A stretch of DNA of 63,046 nucleotides, counting the filler, from Stramenopiles sp. TOSAG23-2 (taxonomy: Eukaryota): assembly GCA_900128395.1 (NCBI GenBank). It is 8 parts of 8 records of this genome, joined end to end, with 100 filler letters (N's around TTAATTAATTAA, not from the genome) between each part and the next. Parts side by side here need not be neighbours in the genome. Positions count along the whole stretch, not along the records: positions 59,859 to 61,402 come from LT652705.1; positions 61,503 to 63,046 come from LT652706.1; 6 more parts are not named here. The stretch is one strand, 5' to 3'. The translations under genes were made by a program, and so were the position numbers. Position 1 is the stretch's first letter. The number at the start of each line of letters is the position of its first letter. Of this stretch, positions 59,759 to 63,046 are shown in pieces. The notes beneath the pieces are model-generated. The model was given only the letters and a program-made list of their open reading frames with translations. It had not been told where the DNA came from and did not search any database.

Positions 59759-60858
59759 NNNNNNNNNNNNNNNNNNNNNNNNNNNNNNNNNNNNNNNNNN
59801 NNTTAATTAATTAANNNNNNNNNNNNNNNNNNNNNNNNNNNNNNNNNNNNNNNNNNNNTGTTTAGGTGATCAGTATACGACTTTTAGGTATTGGTTTCAG
59901 CTTTGTATATAATGGGAAAGTGTATAAATGGCATTCGTGTGAGTGTATGTTGGTGTTGAAAAATAGAGTGAGAGGTCCCGTCATGTACGGGTATGACCCC
60001 GCAGTGCTGAGTAGTGCTAGCATCTCTAACCCTAACGTAAATGATCAAAATGCACGATATTTTTAATAAACATGGTTCTACTAATAAGCTCCCCAGACCA
60101 CGACCTACAGACGTTGTATACGTAATAAGTAACGGATATACAACGTTTCAAGGTCTAATATTCATAACTTCAATGAAAATGTTCAACCTTTCATGATTTT
60201 CACCATTTCGATGCAAAAGTGCTCTAATACTAACTCCATGCTAACGTACGATTAAAATTTTTTTTCCAGCACTTTTCTTTAAAAACATAATTATACACGT
60301 AAACTCTCGGAGAAAAGTTAAATATATCACCTACCATATAGAAACTACGACATTTTATCAAAATTTTTTATGTTGCATGTTTACAATGAAGATTTCTAGC
60401 TCTCGTTCAAATTTATGTGAATGAAAATCGATTTGGAATTTTAGGCCTTTTTCAGGCATGTTCAAATTCATTGCAAAATAGGGTATAGTTGACACAATAT
60501 ATCTCGACTCAATCAAAATATTAATACAAAAGTAGTATCGATTATCATTTCTACATGTATAGAGCCAAATCTAAGAGTAAGTTGATGACAACTGAGTGAC
60601 AGGAACATACTTTACTAACGACGTTTCAATTGCATGTCAAAGTACCCTTACTATGCTGTAGAACGATATATGTCCATCGAAATCACTATCCCCTGTACTA
60701 CTTGTTGGACGTTGTTCCTCTATTGCTTTGGTATGTATAAACGTGGGTGATAATGTTACATCGTTATTATCATTATATATATTGCTGTTGTTATTATCTG
60801 TTGGTTGATCTATTGGGTCTAGCGTTTCATGTAAATGTAATATTTATTTTGGTTGGAG

Positions 60859-61402
60859 TTTAGAGATACAAGTTATATATATAAAGAAAGGATTTGCTAG
60901 TTTATATGACTTCAAAATGTTGGGAATGATGTTTGGAGACGTAATGCAAATTTTATATATCTGATGAAATTTCTCAATTTTCGTACCCACTTTGGCGGAA
61001 CTTTTAAAAATGAAAATAAAATTGGCAAAAATATTTGTGTTTGAGGTGTTATAGAAATGTAGTATAAAGTTGGTAGTCTAATTTACATAATTTTGTTAGA
61101 GTACTTAAAACTATAGTATAGAGATTTTTTGTAATATTTAGAGATACAAGTTATATATATAAAGAAAGGATGTGGAAGTTTATATGGCTCCAAAATGTTG
61201 GGAATGATGTTGTGGGACATAATGCAAATTTTATATATTTGATGAAATTTCTCAATTTTTGTACCCATTTTGGCGGAACTTTTAAAAATGAAAATAAAAT
61301 TGGCAAAAATATTTGTGTTTGAGGTGTTATAGAAACGTAGTATAAATTTGGTAGTCTAATTTACATAATTTTGTTAGAGTACTTAAAACTATAGTATGGA
61401 GA
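60859..61402. repeat. Imperfect tandem repeat, unit ~278 bp, running into the contig end
   Basis: TTTAGAGATACAAGTTATATATATAAAGAAAGGA occurs at 60859 and 61137; copies differ by scattered substitutions. Confidence 0.85.
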
Positions 61403-61502
61403 NNNNNNNNNNNNNNNNNNNNNNNNNNNNNNNNNNNNNNNNNNNNTTAATTAATTAANNNNNNNNNNNNNNNNNNNNNNNNNNNNNNNNNNNNNNNNNN
61501 NN

Positions 61503-63046
61503 CTACCGCTAGAATCTGTTTCCCCTTCTTCAATTTCTTTTTGTGGCCGTAATTCTGCTGTTGGTGCTGCGTTTAAAACATCTAATAATGCCTTCCAATT
61601 AAACTTATTTCCAGCCCATTTTAAAAACAGTTTTAAATCTGTTTTTGAAACACCACCAATTGGATTTACATCTGCACTACTGCAATCATATTTTGTGAAA
61701 TAACCACGTAATGCCTCATCAACGTTGGCACTGCCTAATACTAATAAAAAGCCACTTCGTTTGCCTTCACTACGAACCCATGGTAACAATTGCGCAATTT
61801 GATATGCATATACCATTCGACTACGGGCTTGTATGTTTTGCAATGCTAAATCTTCTGAATATGTACCACCATTTATAACAAATTTGGCTCTTTTACTTGT
61901 CATCGTTTCGAATACATTTTCAAACGCTTCTATTATTGGGTTCATATTTGCATCGCAATGATATACACCAATTTCATCCGCTAATTGTTTTGCACGACTG
62001 CGAGTTGCATTGGAGCTATGTGTAGTTCCCATAAAGCATGTATGCATTATACGATTAGCAAATTCTTTCGCAGTTGGTATTTGTTTTTTCGCAGTATTAA
62101 AATCATCTTCTTGAAACCCACATATACGTGCAACATCTTTTAACACTGGATGATTTAAATTTTTTTTATCTGTATTGTTATTGTTACCAATACAATTATT
62201 ACATTCATCGATAACCATTTTACACATAATACCAACAATAGCACATGTAGAAGCACTATCTGCACCACCACTTAACGGTAATAAAAATCCACTTGCGCCA
62301 GAGCGTCTTAAATAATCCCATAGCCAAGATGCAGGTCCATATCCAATTTCTTCTTCTGGAATATGATAAGATGGTGATTCCATTGGCCGGGTAATTTGTT
62401 TTATCATATTATTATTATTGTTATAATTATTTGATAATTTACATAAATCTATGTCGCATGAAACACGTGGTATTGGATTCTCAATCAATGCAGCTTGATC
62501 ATTTCTACTACCAAATCCACTACGATATGTTTGCACATTATCTAAATTAACCGTTGAAAATACAACTTCAACATCATTCATAGAAAATTGAGAACCTTGA
62601 GCTAATAATGTACCATTTGATACTATCATTGAGCAACCATCAAAATATAAACGTCCACCATCACAACCTTGTTGATTGGAATATAAATATACCCCACCAC
62701 ATTTTGAAGTTGCACCTAATATTAGATCAATTCGCACATCCAATTTCCTCAGTTGATGATGAGAACCAGAGCCATTGCCAATAATTTCCGCTCCATTTAA
62801 TGTTAACATTGTATGTGGACTGTTTGAAACAAATAATTCTTCACACATTTCACATGTAACAGTTGCATCATTCATTTCTACAATACCAATACCGAATGGT
62901 ACGTACCTATCCTTTGACTGGGTTATTTTTCTTATAAATTCTGGTAATTGAAATTGTTCCATTGGGCGTGGATTTGATGGTGTCCATTGGTATGCAGCGA
63001 AGTATCTGCGCTCGCGATAATTTCCATCATTTGCTAATATGAGAGA
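61503..63046 (-). CDS. NADSYN1: Glutamine-dependent NAD+ synthetase (partial at both ends)
   Basis: LANDGNYRE, catalytic CEEL, GSGSHHQLRKL, YLYSNQQGCDGGRLYFDG, LPLSGGADS, LQNIQARSRM, GYFTKYDCSSADVNPIG, PTAELRP. Confidence 0.96.

Noticed and set aside
47852-60036. Telomere-like TAGGGTTAG / CTAACCCTAAC fragments (about 47852, 48105, 60026)
   Set aside because: Only 1-2 units each; compatible with chance and not arrays.

Overview
AT-rich, intron-poor eukaryotic (protist, possibly stramenopile-like; taxon is an inference) genomic DNA. It is a pseudo-scaffold of at least 8 contigs joined by seven artificial 100-nt spacers (N44-TTAATTAATTAA-N44), so gene order across spacers carries no synteny information. 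About 25 protein-coding genes or fragments are present, including PAN3, REEP/YOP1, a LamG-PHD-ANK-SET methyltransferase, sideroflexin, APC and MFS transporters, a double-AP2 factor, ANK-RCC1, PITH, Tubby, an IQ-motif protein, ubiquitin-L40, RME-8, RSL1D1, an IWR1-like protein, a CoA-transferase III and NAD+ synthetase. Four GT-AG introns were resolved by hand. Most interesting: (1) an A-T-R-SDR NRPS-like enzyme resembling fungal glycine betaine reductase ATRR; (2) a DHHC palmitoyltransferase fused in one ORF to an MFS transporter; (3) an HSP70 with an N-terminal basic NLS-like motif and RRM-like domain; (4) an ankyrin-module array with a near-identical DNA framework but mosaic, almost entirely non-synonymous variation at DARPin-type binding positions; (5) a non-coding TA-flanked TIR element, a short dispersed repeat, and recurring intergenic motifs. 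Several 109-170 bp perfect tandem duplications look like assembly artefacts. All family assignments are from motif recognition by eye, without database searches.
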